NCBI RefSeq assembly: GCF_018977255.1
Contig: NW_024705387.1
Span: 1 to 49,747, forward strand
Length of the DNA: 49,747 bases
Origin: Callorhinchus milii
Lineage: Eukaryota
Direction: 5' to 3'
A program made the position numbers and the translations under genes. The stretch's first letter is position 1. The number at the start of each line of letters is the position of its first letter. A model generated the notes under the pieces. It made no database searches and was not told the origin of the DNA. It saw nothing but the letters and a program-made list of their open reading frames with translations. Positions 11,850 through 24,300 of the stretch are shown here, piece by piece.

Positions 11850-14800
11850 CTGCAACAGAACCACATCGTCAAGGCAACCACAACCCGGACCCTCACCCCC
11901 TCACCCTCTCCATCCTCCCCATCCTCCCTCCCACCCTCTCCATCCTCCCTCACATCCTCTCCATCTTCCCCTCACCCCCTCAATCTCTCCATCCTCCCCT
12001 CACCCCCCTCAACCTCTCACCCTCTCCATCCTCCCATCACCCCTCATCCTCTCCATCCTCCCCTCACCCCTTCCATCCTCCCCTCACCCCCTCACCCTCT
12101 CTATCCTCCCCTCACCCCTCCTCCTCCCCATCCTGCTTCTTATCTCTCACTCTCCCCCTCCACTCCTCAATCCTCCTTCTCAACCCCCACAATCCTCCGC
12201 ACCCTCTCCATTATCCTTCTTATCCCCCACACCCCATTTAGCCCCTTACCCTCTTCGTCCTGCTTCTCAACCCCTCCCCCACAAATCGTCCTCACCCCCT
12301 CCATCCACCCATTCACCCACCTTCACACCTTCGATCCTCTCCATCCTCCCACCTCATACTCGCTCCATCCTCCACCCTCACACTCTCTCCATTTTCCCCC
12401 TCCCCGCTCTCCATCCTCCCACTTCACACTCTCTCGATCTTCCCCCTCATACACGTGTGGCAAGGTGGGGGAGATAGGAGTGGGTGGGTGGGGCGGAGGT
12501 AGTGGGAGGTGGGATGTGGGGGGTAGATGGGGGATGTTGGGGGAGGTGGAAGGAGGTGAGGAGATGGGGGAGGGGGAGGTAGTGGGAAATGGGGGATGTG
12601 GGGTGTAGATTGGGGGGAGATGGGGGAGTTGGGGGTAGGTGGGAGATGTGGGGGTAGTGGGGTAGGTTGGGGGAGGTGGAGGAGATGGGGGAGGTGGGGG
12701 AAGTGGAGGAAGTGGGGGAGTTGGGTAAAGTGGGGGAGGTGGGGGAGTTGGGGGAGATGGGGTAGGTGGGGGCAGTTGTGGGAAGTGGGGATAAATGGAG
12801 GGAGGTTGGGGGGAGGTGGAGGAGATGGGGGAGGTGAGAAAAGTGGGCAGAGGTGGGGGTAGGTGTGGGAGTTGGGGGAGTTGTGGGAAGTGGGGGGTCA
12901 ATGTTAAAGGATTGATTTCCCTGTGAAAGAGGTGTGACTGACCGCTGTCCCTTGTAATTGGAGATGTTGTACGGACGGATAAAGTCCACCTTGTGCTGGG
13001 TGATCACACACAGGTCAATGTTGCTGCCGGAGCCCAAGTCGTTCATGATCCCAGCATTAATGGCGTCTCTGACCAACATCTTAGCCTCTTCCTCCTGACA
13101 ATCAGGGACAGTCATTAACACAAACCCCTCTCACTCTCAATCATTCAATCACTCAAACCCATCCACCCACCAACCAACTCACTCTCAATCACTCACTGCT
13201 CAACCTCGCTCACCCACTCATTCATTCGCTCACCCACTCACTCGCTCACTCACTCAACCACTCAACCTCACCCACCCACTCACTCTCCCACTTATCCATA
13301 TACATATACATTTACTCACTCACCCACTCTCACTGGTGCTCTCCACTCTAATCCCATTCCCTGCTCTTGCCCCACATGTATGCTTTGACATCACTTCCTG
13401 CATCCTGTGCATGTCCCATAGTACCGTAAACTGTACACCATTCACTACGCTTTGCAGTATATCCTGTGAAGCGCTTTGAGACATGAATTTGTGGACTAAA
13501 AACATGAAGTTTAAAGGGACTCGAACCAGCCGAGTGCAATCCATCGAGTGTAGTGGATGAGAGAGGAGAGTCGGTGGAGAAGGGTGGCATGGTTGACTGT
13601 GTCAAATGCAGTGGAGAGATCCTGAAGGAGAAGGAGGCCCTGGTCACAGAGAGAGACAATGTCATTTGTGACTTTGAAGAGTGCTGTCTCTGTGCTGTGG
13701 GCAGGGAAATCAGACTGGGGGGCTCGAAGAGTGAGTGAGAGAGACTGGTTGACTATGTCGGTCAGCAGGGGGCAGAAGAGGGAGAGCTGGGTGGTCAGAA
13801 GCTGGGTGGGGAGGGGGTCAAGGTAGCAGGTGGTGGGCTTCATACCGGTGACATTGGTTGTGAGGAAGGGCAGGGAGTTGGGGACAAAGGAGTGCAGGAA
13901 GGGGCTGGTGCTGGTCTGGCTGTAGCATTGTGAACTTATGTGTATTTATTGATCGGAATCCGTTATTAAACACAAGAGGTGTAAAGTGGAGTTACTTTGT
14001 GATGACATTAGTGACTCACATTCATGTCCGGCCTATACCTGTCCTCAAAGACTCCCATTGCAGCAAGATTGCCCGAACCTGTGGCACGTGGAGAAGAGAC
14101 ATCAGCTCATCACAGTAACAAAGTGACCCCTGTGACCCGCTCCCCATGTCCCAGCACCAGGAAACTTACCCATGGAACTGAAGGGCAGCTTCTGCACTGA
14201 CCCGTAAGGATCAACTTCATAAATGTGTGGCCCCGAACAGTCAACTCCGCCCAGGAGCAGCATCGCACTGATGTGGCCACGATACCTGAGCACAGAGGTT
14301 TAGGGTTAAGTGAAAGATCTTAGTTTGTACAATTATACCAGTAAGTAATAAAGCAAAGCTCCCACTACACTGTCCACACGTCCACACTCCCAGATCAGGG
14401 TTAGACACACAAAAGCTCCCTCTACACTGTGTGTCCACACTCCCAGGTCAGGGTTACAGACACAGTAAAGCTCTACACTGTGTGTCCACACTCCCAGGTC
14501 AGGGTTACAGACACAGTAAAGCTCCCTCTACACTGTGTGTCCACACTCCCAGGTCAGGGTTGGACATAGGGAAAGTTTACTGTGGTTTCAGGTTACTGTA
14601 TGTGTCCCTCTGACACATGGTTGTGGGCATGATGTGTTACTGTATGTGTAGCGTGTTGTAGGATGACACATTACTATGCATGTCCCATGTTATGGCGTGA
14701 AATGTTACTGTATGTGTCAGTCTGTTACCTGAAAAGCGTGTCCTGTAAGAAGCGACTGGCCATGACAAGCCGTGGCTGCCGGCCGGTGGCCAGAGCATGA

Positions 14801-17800
14801 AGCTCTATTTTTGAGGCCAGCATCTCCGTCGTCTTCTCCGTGTCGGCCGCAGTCCCAGCACCGCAGCAGCTGCAACACGCCAAGCACACGCATCATGTAA
14901 CCATCACACCCCTCCAAACATGCCAAACGCACACATCGTGTACCCATCCCACCCCTCCAAGCATGCCAAGCAGACATTGGGTAACCATCGCACCATGTAA
15001 CACGAGGGTTGTTCACTTACTAAATGTTCGAGCTGATGCGATGAATTTTAGAACAGTTTTTGTCGACAACAACTTCACCAGACGTGGCTCGTGTATCAGC
15101 CCCGAGGACAACTCCATCCTGAGACAGGAACCACAGTCACGATCACACACAGTCACGCACCACACACAGTCACAAACCACACGGTCACTGTCACACACAG
15201 TCACAAACCACACGGTCACTGTCACACACAGTCACTGTCACAACAGTCACACACCACACACCACACACAGTCACTGTCACACACAGTCACACACCACACA
15301 CACAGTCACTGTCACACACAATCACTGTCACACAGTCACTGTCACACACAGTCACACACCACACACAGTCACACACCACACACTGTCGCACGCCACATGG
15401 TCACTGTCACACACACAGTCACATACCACATACAGTCCCTGTCACAAACAGTCACATACCATATACAGTCACCCACCACATACAGTCACACACCACAGTC
15501 ACACACCACACAGTCATCCAACACATACAGCCACACACCACATACAGTCACACACCACACACAGTCAAACAACACATACAGTCACACACCACACACAGTC
15601 ATAGACAACAACAACAACAAAATTATATTTGTAAAGTGCCTTTCATTCTAAAAGATAGAGGGATTAAGGGCTATGGGATTAAGGTGGGCAGATGGAGTTA
15701 GGTTAGAAGATCAGTCATGATCTTATTGAATGGCGGGGCAGGCTCGAGGGGCCGAATGGCCTACTCCTGCTTCTGATTCCTATGTTCATGTGTTCACATT
15801 GAGAGGACGTCCCAAGGTGCTGAACAATCACGGATCAGGACCCGAGCATGGGGGTGGGGGGGAGGGGGGCCAGGATGAGAGAAGGCAGAGGGGGTAGGAG
15901 GGCGGCTGATGATACGGTCAAAAAGGAGTGTCTTGAGTCGTGACTTGAAGGCAACAAGGAAGGGAGCGAGGCAAAGGGATTGCGGGATGGAGCTCAGAAT
16001 ATTTTGGGCAGAGACGCTGAAAACCCAACCGCCGATGGGAGGGTGGGTTGGGTGTGTGACTGGAGCAGGCCAGAGCCTACTGAGCGGATGGGAGCAGACA
16101 GGCTGATAGGGGGTCAGCAGGTCGGAGAGGTAGGAGGAAGCAAGGTTGTGGAGGGCATTGAAAATGAGGACGAGAATTTTGAACTCTATCTTCTGGGGGA
16201 TGGGGAACTAATGGAGCCGAGCGAGGGTGGGGGTGAGGGGGTCATGGAGCCTAATGCAGGAGAGGACATGAGCTGCGGAGTTCTGGATGATTTGCAGCTT
16301 GTGGAAGGGAAGAGTTGTGGAGGCCGATAGTCGAGTCTTGAGGTGACGAATGTGCATATGAGGGTTTCGGTGGATGTTGTCACGAAGGGGGAGCATAGAG
16401 GTTGAAGAGGAGGGGCCTGAAGAACACCACACGAGACTGTGCGGGGGCTGGAGGAGAAGCCGTTGTCGGAAACAAATTGGAGACAGTGTGAGAGCTAAGA
16501 CCTGAACCATTCAAGGACAGAACCCTGGAAGGTTGAGCTGAGAAGAAAGGCGGTGGAGGAGGATAGAGTAGTCCACAGTATCGCCACACAGTCACACACC
16601 ACATAGAGTCACACACTACACACATTCACACACCACTGACAGTTACATACCACGCACAGTCACCACACCGCATACAGTCACACACCACACACAGATATCA
16701 CGCCACATACAGGGGAGTCACTGAGGTGCAGGTGGGATCTGGGGCCTGGGCAGGTCAAGGGCTGTCACAGTTAGACAAGGGGGGGTATTACACATCAGGG
16801 GGTATCAGGGGGAGATGGGGGAGGGGCACACCGGGGATACGGTACCTTGAAGACCAGCCCCCCGATGGTGGTGCCGGTTTTGGTGGCATTCGGGAGGACA
16901 AGCTTCTGCTCAGAGAAAGAGTCGAAAGAACGATTTCTACAGGAGAGAAAGTCAATGAGTGGCGAGACACCCAGAAACACCGGCCTTACTGTCCCTCACT
17001 GGCCCCTCACTGGCCCTCATTGCCCCTCACTGGCCCTCAATGCCTCTCACTGGCCCTCCAGCCCCTCACTGCCCCTACTGCCCCCTCACTGACTTGGTTC
17101 CCCACCTACCCTCACTGCCCCTCACAGCCTCTCACTGCCCAGCTCCCCCCCACCCCTCACTGTCCTTCCTGCTCCTCACTGCCCTGGCTCCCCCCCCACT
17201 CCTCACCGCCCTTCCTGCCCTTCCCTGCCCTGCCCTCACGCCTTCACTGCCCTTCCTGCCCCTCACAGCCCTCACTGCCTGACTAACCTGTCTCTCTCTG
17301 TCGATGTGTGTCTCTGCTTCTATATCTCTGTCTGTCTCTGTAATTCTCATTATCTCTGTATCTCTGTCTCTGTATCTGTGTGACTCTCTGTTTCTGTATG
17401 TCTCTCTATCTCTGTGTCTCTTTAGCTCTGTGTGTGTCTCTGTCTGTATGTCTCTCTGTCTCTGTGTGTCTCTGTCTCTGTGTATCTCTCTATCGCTGTG
17501 TGTCTCTGTCTCTGTATCTCTCTGTCTCTGTGTGTCTCTCTGACTCTGTATCTCTGTCTCTGTGTGTCTTTCTGCCTCTGTGTCTCTCGCTCTGTCTGTG
17601 TGTCTCTGACTTTCCCTTTCTATCTCTGTGTATCTCTCTGTATCTCACTGTTTCTGTGTCTCTATGTGACACAAGTTATGTATGTCTCTGTGTCTCTCTG
17701 TATCTCTCTCTCTCTCTCTCTCTCTCTCAGTGTCTGCCAGATTGTGACTTTCTGTACATCTCTGTGTCTCTATGTGACACATGTTATGTCTCTATGTCCC

Positions 17801-19670
17801 TTTATCTCTGTGTCTCTCTGTCTCTCTCTCTTTCTCTGTATCGCTCTGTCTCTGTATCTCTCTGTCTCTGTGTCTCTATGTGACACAGGTTATGTCTCTA
17901 TGTCCCTTTATCTCTGTGTCTCTCTGTATCTCTCTCTGTCTCTATATCTCTCTGTCTCTGTATCTCTGACTCTGTGTGACACAGGTTACGTTTCTCTGTA
18001 TATCTGTCTCTGTATCTCTTTCTTGGTATCTCTCTCTGTCTCTGTGTCTCTCTGTATCTTTGTGTATCTCTGTCTCTGTATCTCTCTCTGTGTCTGTATC
18101 TCTGTGTATCTCTGTCTCTGTATCTCTCCCTCTGTGTCTCTGTATCTCTCTGTCTCTGTGTGTCTCTGTCTCTGTATCTCTGTGTATCTCTGTCTCTGTA
18201 TCTCTCTCTCTGTGTCTCTGTATCTCTCTGTCTCTGTGTGTCTCTGTCTCTGTGTCTCTATGTGACACAGGTTATGTCTCTATGTCCCTTTATCTCTGTG
18301 TCTCTCTGTATCTCTCTCTGTCTCTGTGTCTCTCTGTCTCTGTATCTCTGTCTCTGTATCTCTCTGTGTCTCTGTATTTCTGTGTATCTCTGTATCTCTC
18401 TCTCTGTGTCTCTGTATCTCTCTGTCTCTGTGTGTCTCTGTCTCTGTGTCTCTATGTGACACAGGTTATGTCTCTGTGTTCCTGTGTGAAGTGAAAGTAA
18501 ATGTCGGGCTGGAGTTTTGGCCGCAGGTTCCGGGAACAGAGAGGCTCAGCCTGACCCCACCATCCCTCCCCCCCCCTCCCACTCCTCCCCCTCCTCACTC
18601 CCTCTCCCTCCTCACGCCCCCTCACCCCATCTCCCCCCTCACCCTACTCACCTCCCCTCAGCCCTCCTCACTCCCCCAACCACCCCCTCGCCCCCCTCAC
18701 CCTCTTCCTCACCCCCTCCCGCTCCTCCCCCCTTCACCCACCTCCTCGCCTCCCCCTGATCCCTCTCAACCCCCTCACTTACTCCCCCTCACCCTGCTCA
18801 CCCCTCCTCACCCACTACTCACCCCCTCACGCCCCACACCCCCTCCCCACTCCTCCGCCCCATTCCCCCTCACAAACCCCCCCTCCCACTCGTCACCCCC
18901 ACTCCTCCCTCACGCCCATCACCCCTCCCCAACCCCACTCCCCCTCCCCACTCCTCACCCCCACTCCATCACCCCTACCCCCACTCCTCACTCCCACTCC
19001 CCCCCCCCACTCGTCACCCCCACTCCCCCTCTCGCCCATCACCCCTCCCCACTCCACCCTCTCCACCCCACTCCCCACTCCTCACCCCCACTCCCCCTCA
19101 CGCCCATAACCCCTCCCCACTCACGCCCCTCCTCACCCCTACTGCCCCTCACCCCCTCCCCACTCCTCACCCCTACACCCCTCCGCACTCCTCACCCCCA
19201 CTCCCCCCTCACACCCCTCACCCCTCCCCCCTCACGCCCTCCCCACTCCTCACCCCACTCTCTCCCCCCCCACTGTTCACCCCCACTCCCCCTCACACGC
19301 CTCAGCCCCTCCCCCCTCACGCCCTCCCCACTCCTCCCCCCCACTCTCTCCCCCCCCCACTGTTCACCCCCACTCCCCCTCACACCCCTCACCCCCTCCC
19401 CCCTCACGCCCTCCCACTCCTCCCCCCCACTCTCTCCCCCCACCACTGCTCACCCCCACTCCCCCCCTCACGCCCATCACCCCTCCCCACTCCCCCTCAC
19501 GCCTCTCACTCCCTCCCCACTCCTCACCCTCACTCCCCCCTCACGCCTCTCACCCGCTCCCCACTCCTCACCCCCCCCCCCCCCCAGACACGGGTTGTGC
19601 TCAGACATCACCTGCTACAGTTTTCAAACTGAAATCCGCCTCCAGTCGCTTCCACCGCCGCCGTGAACAT
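11738..19670 (-). CDS. PSMB13: Proteasome beta2-family subunit, PSMB13 (PSMB10-like) type, complete, 275 aa; exons 19670-19612, 16936-16846, 15118-15021, 14869-14729, 14285-14170, 14078-14020, 13094-12943, 11849-11738
   Basis: Eight GT-AG exons (59/91/98/141/116/59/152/112 = 828 bp) give [275 protein letters not shown]. Beta2 family is certain. PSMB13 rather than PSMB10/7 is inferred from recalled motifs ([19 protein letters not shown], GIMxDLGSG) and synteny. Confidence 0.85.
12943..13094 (-). CDS. PSMB13: PSMB13 exon 7
   Basis: tgtcag|GAGGAA...CAGCG|gtcagt; encodes [31 protein letters not shown]. Confidence 0.92.
13420..13930 (-). mobile_element. L2 LINE fragment in PSMB13 intron 6
   Basis: [27 protein letters not shown] and [11 protein letters not shown] remnants. 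Confidence 0.8.
14020..14078 (-). CDS. PSMB13: PSMB13 exon 6
   Basis: cacag|GTTCGG...ATGAAT|gtgagt; encodes [19 protein letters not shown]. Confidence 0.92.
14170..14285 (-). CDS. PSMB13: PSMB13 exon 5
   Basis: ctcag|GTATCG...ATGG|gtaagt; encodes [29 protein letters not shown]. Confidence 0.92.
14729..14869 (-). CDS. PSMB13: PSMB13 exon 4
   Basis: ttgcag|CTGCTG...TTCAG|gtaaca; encodes [14 protein letters not shown]. Confidence 0.92.
15021..15118 (-). CDS. PSMB13: PSMB13 exon 3
   Basis: tctcag|GATGGA...ATTTA|gtaagt; encodes [26 protein letters not shown]. Confidence 0.92.
15650..16580. mobile_element. CR1/HE1-type tail (+, about 15655-15790) and L2 fragment (-, about 15800-16580)
   Basis: gggccgaatggcctactcctgct tail; FVTSRLDY remnant on minus. 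Confidence 0.7.
16846..16936 (-). CDS. PSMB13: PSMB13 exon 2 (contains catalytic Thr1)
   Basis: ctgtag|AAATCG...TTCAAG|gtaccg; encodes [12 protein letters not shown]. Confidence 0.92.
18488..18536 (+). promoter_or_regulatory. IRF site plus GAS (STAT) site in PSMB13 intron 1
   Basis: GAAGTGAAAGT at 18488-18498 and TTCCGGGAA at 18528-18536, in a short unique island between two low-complexity tracts. Confidence 0.55.
19612..19670 (-). CDS. PSMB13: PSMB13 exon 1
   Basis: ATG TTC ACG...TGT AGC AG|gtgatg; carries the beta2 propeptide motif [10 protein letters not shown]. Confidence 0.85.
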
Positions 19671-20000
19671 CTTCTCCCTTCAGACTATCTGTCTGTCCCT
19701 GACACCGAGTCTCTGTCTCTCTCAGTCCCTGTGTCCCTGACTCTGTGTCTCTGTCCTGTGTCCCTGTCTGTGTCTGTGTCCCTGTCCCTCTGTCTCTCTC
19801 TCTGTCTGTGTCCCTCTCGCTCTGTCTCTCTCTGTCTGTGTCCCTCTCGCTCTGTCTCTCTCTCTGTCTGTGTCCCTCTCGCTCTGTCTCTCTCTCTGTC
19901 TGTGTCCCTCTCGCTCTGTCTGTCTCTCTGTCTGTGTCCCTCTCGCTCTGTCTGTCTCTCTGTCTGTGTCCCTCTCGCTCTGTCTGTCTCTGTCTCTGTT

Positions 20001-20017
20001 TTTCTGTTTCGGTTTCA
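20001..20017 (-). promoter_or_regulatory. ISRE/IRF element in the PSMB13-PSMB12 bidirectional promoter
   Basis: TGAAACCGAAACAGAAA on minus (tandem GAAA half-sites), 330 bp upstream of the PSMB13 ATG. Confidence 0.75.
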
Positions 20018-20181
20018 CACTCTCTGAGCCGCTCCTCCTCAGTCCGGGACTCGCGGACTCAGCGCCTCCTGTCGCCCCCACAGTCACCGACTCTGTCAGA
20101 GTCTCTGTGTGACTCTCTGTGTCTGTGTGTGTGTGACTCTCTGTGTGTGTGACCCTCTGTGTGTGTTATATTTTGTGCCTC

Positions 20182-20212
<31 letters not shown>

Positions 20213-20443
20213 GTGGTGACACTCTGTGCCTCTCTGTGTGTGGGGGGGTGGGGTGGGGGGAGTGGTGACAGAGACTGATATTAATTGTTCGGCTGTTGCA
20301 CTATTTAATGGCTTTGAAACAGCAAATAATAAAAATGAATCCCGAATGTGTCACTGTTTTCAGATTATGGATAAAGTGTTTTAACTGCAATGAACTCAGT
20401 CAGTGGTGGCGGAGCGGCTGAGGCTGTGAGTGAGTGTGAGAGA

Positions 20444-21255
20444 GGGCGCCAGGGGGCGCTTCAGGGTGTGTGTGAGTGGGGGGGTGACTCAGTGAGTGGC
20501 CGCCAGGGGGCGCTACAGGGTGTGTGTGTGTGGGGGGGGCTGTGTGTGTGGGTGGGGGTGTGTGTGTAGGTGTGTTGGTGGGTGTGTGTGTGTGGGTGGG
20601 GGTGTGTGTGTGTGTGGGGAGGGGGGTGTGTGCGGGTGGGGGTGTGTGTGGGTGGGGGTGTGTGTGTGTGTGGGGAGGGGGGTGTGTGCGGGTGGGGGTG
20701 TGTGTGGGTGGGGGTGTGGGTGTGTGTGTGGGGGGGGGTGGGTGTGTGTGTGTGGGTGAGTGTGTGGGTGTGTGTGGGGGTGTGTGTGTGTGTGTGTGAC
20801 CGCCAGGGGGCGCTACAGGGTGTGTGTGGTGGGTGGGGGTGTGTGTGTGGGTGTGTGTGTGTGGGGGGGGGGGTGTGTGTGTGGGTGTGTGTGTGTGGGT
20901 GAGTGTGTGGGTGTGTGTGTGGGGGGGGGGGTGTGTGTGGGGGGTGTGTGTGTGGGTGTGTGTGGGTGAGTATGTGGGTGTGTGTGTGGGGGGGGGTGGG
21001 TGGGTGCGTGTGTGTGTGTGGGTGTGAGTGACCGCCAGGGGGCGCAATAGGGTGTGTGCGGGTGGGGGTGTGACTCAGTGAGTGGCCGCCAGGGGGCGCT
21101 ACAGGGTGTGTGTGGGTGGGGGTGTGAGTGGCCGCCAGGGGGCGCTACAGGGTGTGTGCGGTTGGGGGTGTGACTCAGTGAGTGGCCGCCAGGGGGCGCT
21201 ACAGGGTGTGTGCGGGTGGGGGTGTGACTCAGTGAGTGGCCGCCAGACGGCGCTG
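20444..21255 (+). promoter_or_regulatory. Array of 8 same-orientation CTCF-consensus motifs with AP-1 (TGACTCA) sites
   Basis: (TGG/TGA)CCGCCAGGGGGCGC near 20497, 20797, 21029, 21083, 21129 and 21183; variants at 20444 and 21237; TGACTCA near 20485, 21071, 21171 and 21225. Confidence 0.7.
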
Positions 21256-21314
21256 TTCCGGACCGCGGTTCCGCACCGCTCAGTCGGAGCGGAGATCAGT
21301 GACTTCCCGCAGAA

Positions 21315-21368
21315 ATGTCCAACTTCTCCCACAACTCAGACTGGAGATCGAGCGCCTACAGCACCGGA
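21315..21368 (+). CDS. PSMB12: PSMB12 exon 1 (propeptide)
   Basis: ATG TCC AAC...AGC ACC GGA|gtgagc; ends in STG, phase 0, just before Thr1. Confidence 0.8.
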
Positions 21369-24300
21369 GTGAGCGGGGGGTCCCGGGGGGGGGGGGTCCC
21401 GGGGGGGGTCCCGGGGGGGGTCCCGGGGGGATCTCGGAGGAGGGGGGGGACGGGGGGTGAACGGGGGTTCCCGGGGCGGGGGGGGCGGGGGGTCCCGGGG
21501 GACGACGACGGGGGGTGAACGGGGGTCCGGGGGGAGAGGTCCCGCGGGAGGGATCCCGGGGGAGGGGGTCCCGGGGGAGGGGGGTGAGCGGGGTTCCCGG
21601 GGGCGGGGGGTCCCGGGGGAGAGGTCCCGCGGGAGGGGGTCCCGGGGGAGGGGGGTCCCGGGGTGGGGGGTCCCGGGGGTGGTGGGGGGTGTCGCTGCTT
21701 CACCAGGTGATGAGAGACCAGTAACTCGGCTACACATGGCTCCTGGTCTGGGATGATCTCCCGCTCCCTCTCCCCTCACACTCTCCCCCTCTCTCTCTCT
21801 CTCTCTCCCCTCACACTCTCCCCCTCTCCCTCTCTCTCTCCCCTCACACTCTCCCTCACTCTCTCTCCCCTCACACTCTCTCTCCTTCCCCTCACACTCT
21901 CCCCCTCTCCCTCCCCTCACACTGTCCCCCTTCTCCCTCCCCTCACACTGTCCCCCTCTTCCCCCCTCTCTCTCTCTCCCCTCACACTCTCCCCCCCTCT
22001 CTCTCCCTCACACTCTCCCCTTCTCTCCCCTCACACTCTCCCCCTCTCCCTCCCCTCACACTGTCCCCCTCTCCCCCCTTCTCTCTCTCTCCCCTCACAC
22101 TCTCCTCCTCTCTCTCTCTCTCTCCCCTCACACTCTCGGGGGCCCCCCTCTCCCTCTCCCCTCACACGCTCCTCCTCTCCCCCCTCTCTCCCCTCACACT
22201 CTCCCCCCCTCTCTCTCCCCTCACACTCTCCCCCTCTCCCTCCCCTCACACTCTCCCCCCCTCTCTCTCCCTCACACTCTCCCCCTCTCCCTCCCCTCAC
22301 ACTCTCCCCCCTTCTCCCTCCCCTCACACTGTCCCCCTCTTCCCCCCCCCTCTCTCTCTCCCCTCACACTCTCCCCCCCCTCTCTCTCTCCCCTCACACT
22401 CTCCCCTCTCCCCCCCCCCCCTCTCTCCCCTCACACTCTCCCCCTCTCCCTATTATCTGCATTGGATGAATGTTGGTCAGAGCCGAGGTTTGGGAAGTCC
22501 GGAGTTCGCTCGAGTCCAAACAGCTAAAACCGCACAAATTGCCTTCAGTTCCAATCCGACATTGGGGTCAATAGTGACTTTAATACGATTGAAGTTTTGG
22601 TGAAGGGTTTGAGAGGGAAACGGGAGAGTCACAAACTAAGGTTTTACATTGAAATATGGTAAACTTCAAAGGGATGAGAAATCAATTAATTTGGGTTATT
22701 AAGTGTTAATGGGAAACACACAGACACACAGTGGGAATTATTCAATGTATTTGGTACAGTAAAAAACACAGTACATCCCCTAAACACAAAACAAAAGTAA
22801 TAAGTAGTGCAAAAAGTAAATATGATTTAAAAAACACTTGCAAGAGATGTCAAGGGAAAGGGTAAGGTTTCTATCAATATGTTAAGAGAAAGAGATGGTG
22901 GAGGGGAAAGTGCCCATTAAAGACAGATGTAAATGACGATTTATTGATAATAAGAAAATGGCAGAACTGTTGAATGTATAGTTTGCTTTCGCTTTCACAG
23001 TAGAGGAAGAGGACAAAATACCAGCGGTACAAGGGAATCTAAAAATAAGCCAAAGAGAAGTACTACAGGGATTTAATATGAATAAAACATGGTTATGGAG
23101 AAAATAATGGGACTAAAAATAGACAAATCTCCAGGATCTGCTGGATTCCACCCCTGGATATTAAAATAAATAGGGTTGGGAATTGCAGATGTGTTTGTCA
23201 TCAATTTGCAAAGCTCTGTATTCAGGAATTGTGACCTTCGATTGGGAAATGGCAATGTCAGTCCATTATGTAAGACGGGAGGGAGGGAGAAACCAGGTAA
23301 CTACAGACCCGGCAGCTTAACCTCAGTTATGGGGCAGTTACTGGAATCTCTATCAGGGACAGAGTGACGGAGCAGTTGGCCAAGTCTGAGCTGATCAGAG
23401 AGAGTCCGTGGATTGGGAAGGGTAGGGCACGGCTGACGAATCTAACAGAATGTTTTGAGGAGGTCCGTCACATGGTGGACAAGAGAGTGTCTGTGGATAT
23501 CGTCTACACGGACTTTCAGAGGCATTTGATAAGGTTCTGCACAAGAGGTTATGAGCAAATCTGAAAGGGCCTGGAATCAGAGGTAACCTCGTGGTGTGGC
23601 CTGGAAATTGGTTGGGAGACAGGAAACAGAGTCGGGATAACCATTCTCTGATTGGCGGGACATGACGAGTGGTGTTTCCCAGGGCCCTGTACTGGGGCCT
23701 CAGCTTTTCACCATATAGTTATATAATATATATATAAATGACTGGATGAAGGAACAGAGAGTTTTATACCAAAATTTGCAGATGACACAAACTTAGGGAC
23801 ACAGTGAGTTGTATAGACGGGAGCAGGAAATTACAAAGGGATTTAAACAGATTAAGTGAGTGGGCAACACTGTGGCAGATGGAATTCAATGTGGGGAAGT
23901 GTGAGGTCACCACTGTGGATCCAAACACAGCAAAACAGAATATTTTCTAAACGGTGAGAAACTTAAGAACTGGAGGAGCAAAGGGATTTGGGTGTCCACT
24001 TACACAACTCACTGAAAACAAGCTCACAGGTACAAACGTTATCCAAAAAGGCTAATGGGATGTTGGCCTTTATCTCCAGGGCCTGGAATATAAAGGAGAA
24101 GAAATGAGGCTTGAACTATATTGAGCCTCAGTCAGACCCCATCTGGAGACTGCGTTCAGTCCCCCACCTCAGGAAGGATGTATTGGCACTGGGGGGTGGG
24201 GGTGCAGCACAGAATCACCACAATAATAATAATAATAATAATGATCCTTGCATTTGACATAGCACTTTTCACGTCGGGAGGACGTCCCAAAGCGCTTCAC

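Larger units (their letters stand above)
17290..19990. repeat. Low-complexity TC/TG and C-rich tracts around PSMB13 exon 1
   Basis: (tctctg)n at 17290-18480 and 19700-19995; (cccctca)n-like at 18560-19585. Confidence 0.85.

Noticed and set aside
21304..21314. GAS site next to the PSMB12 ATG
   Set aside because: TTC-N5-GAA spacing is not the canonical N3.
17300..22469. Long Pro/His/Thr- or Ser/Leu/Cys-rich ORFs (for example 18326-19666, 17432-18265, 21753-22469)
   Set aside because: Low-complexity repeats that lack stop codons by composition.
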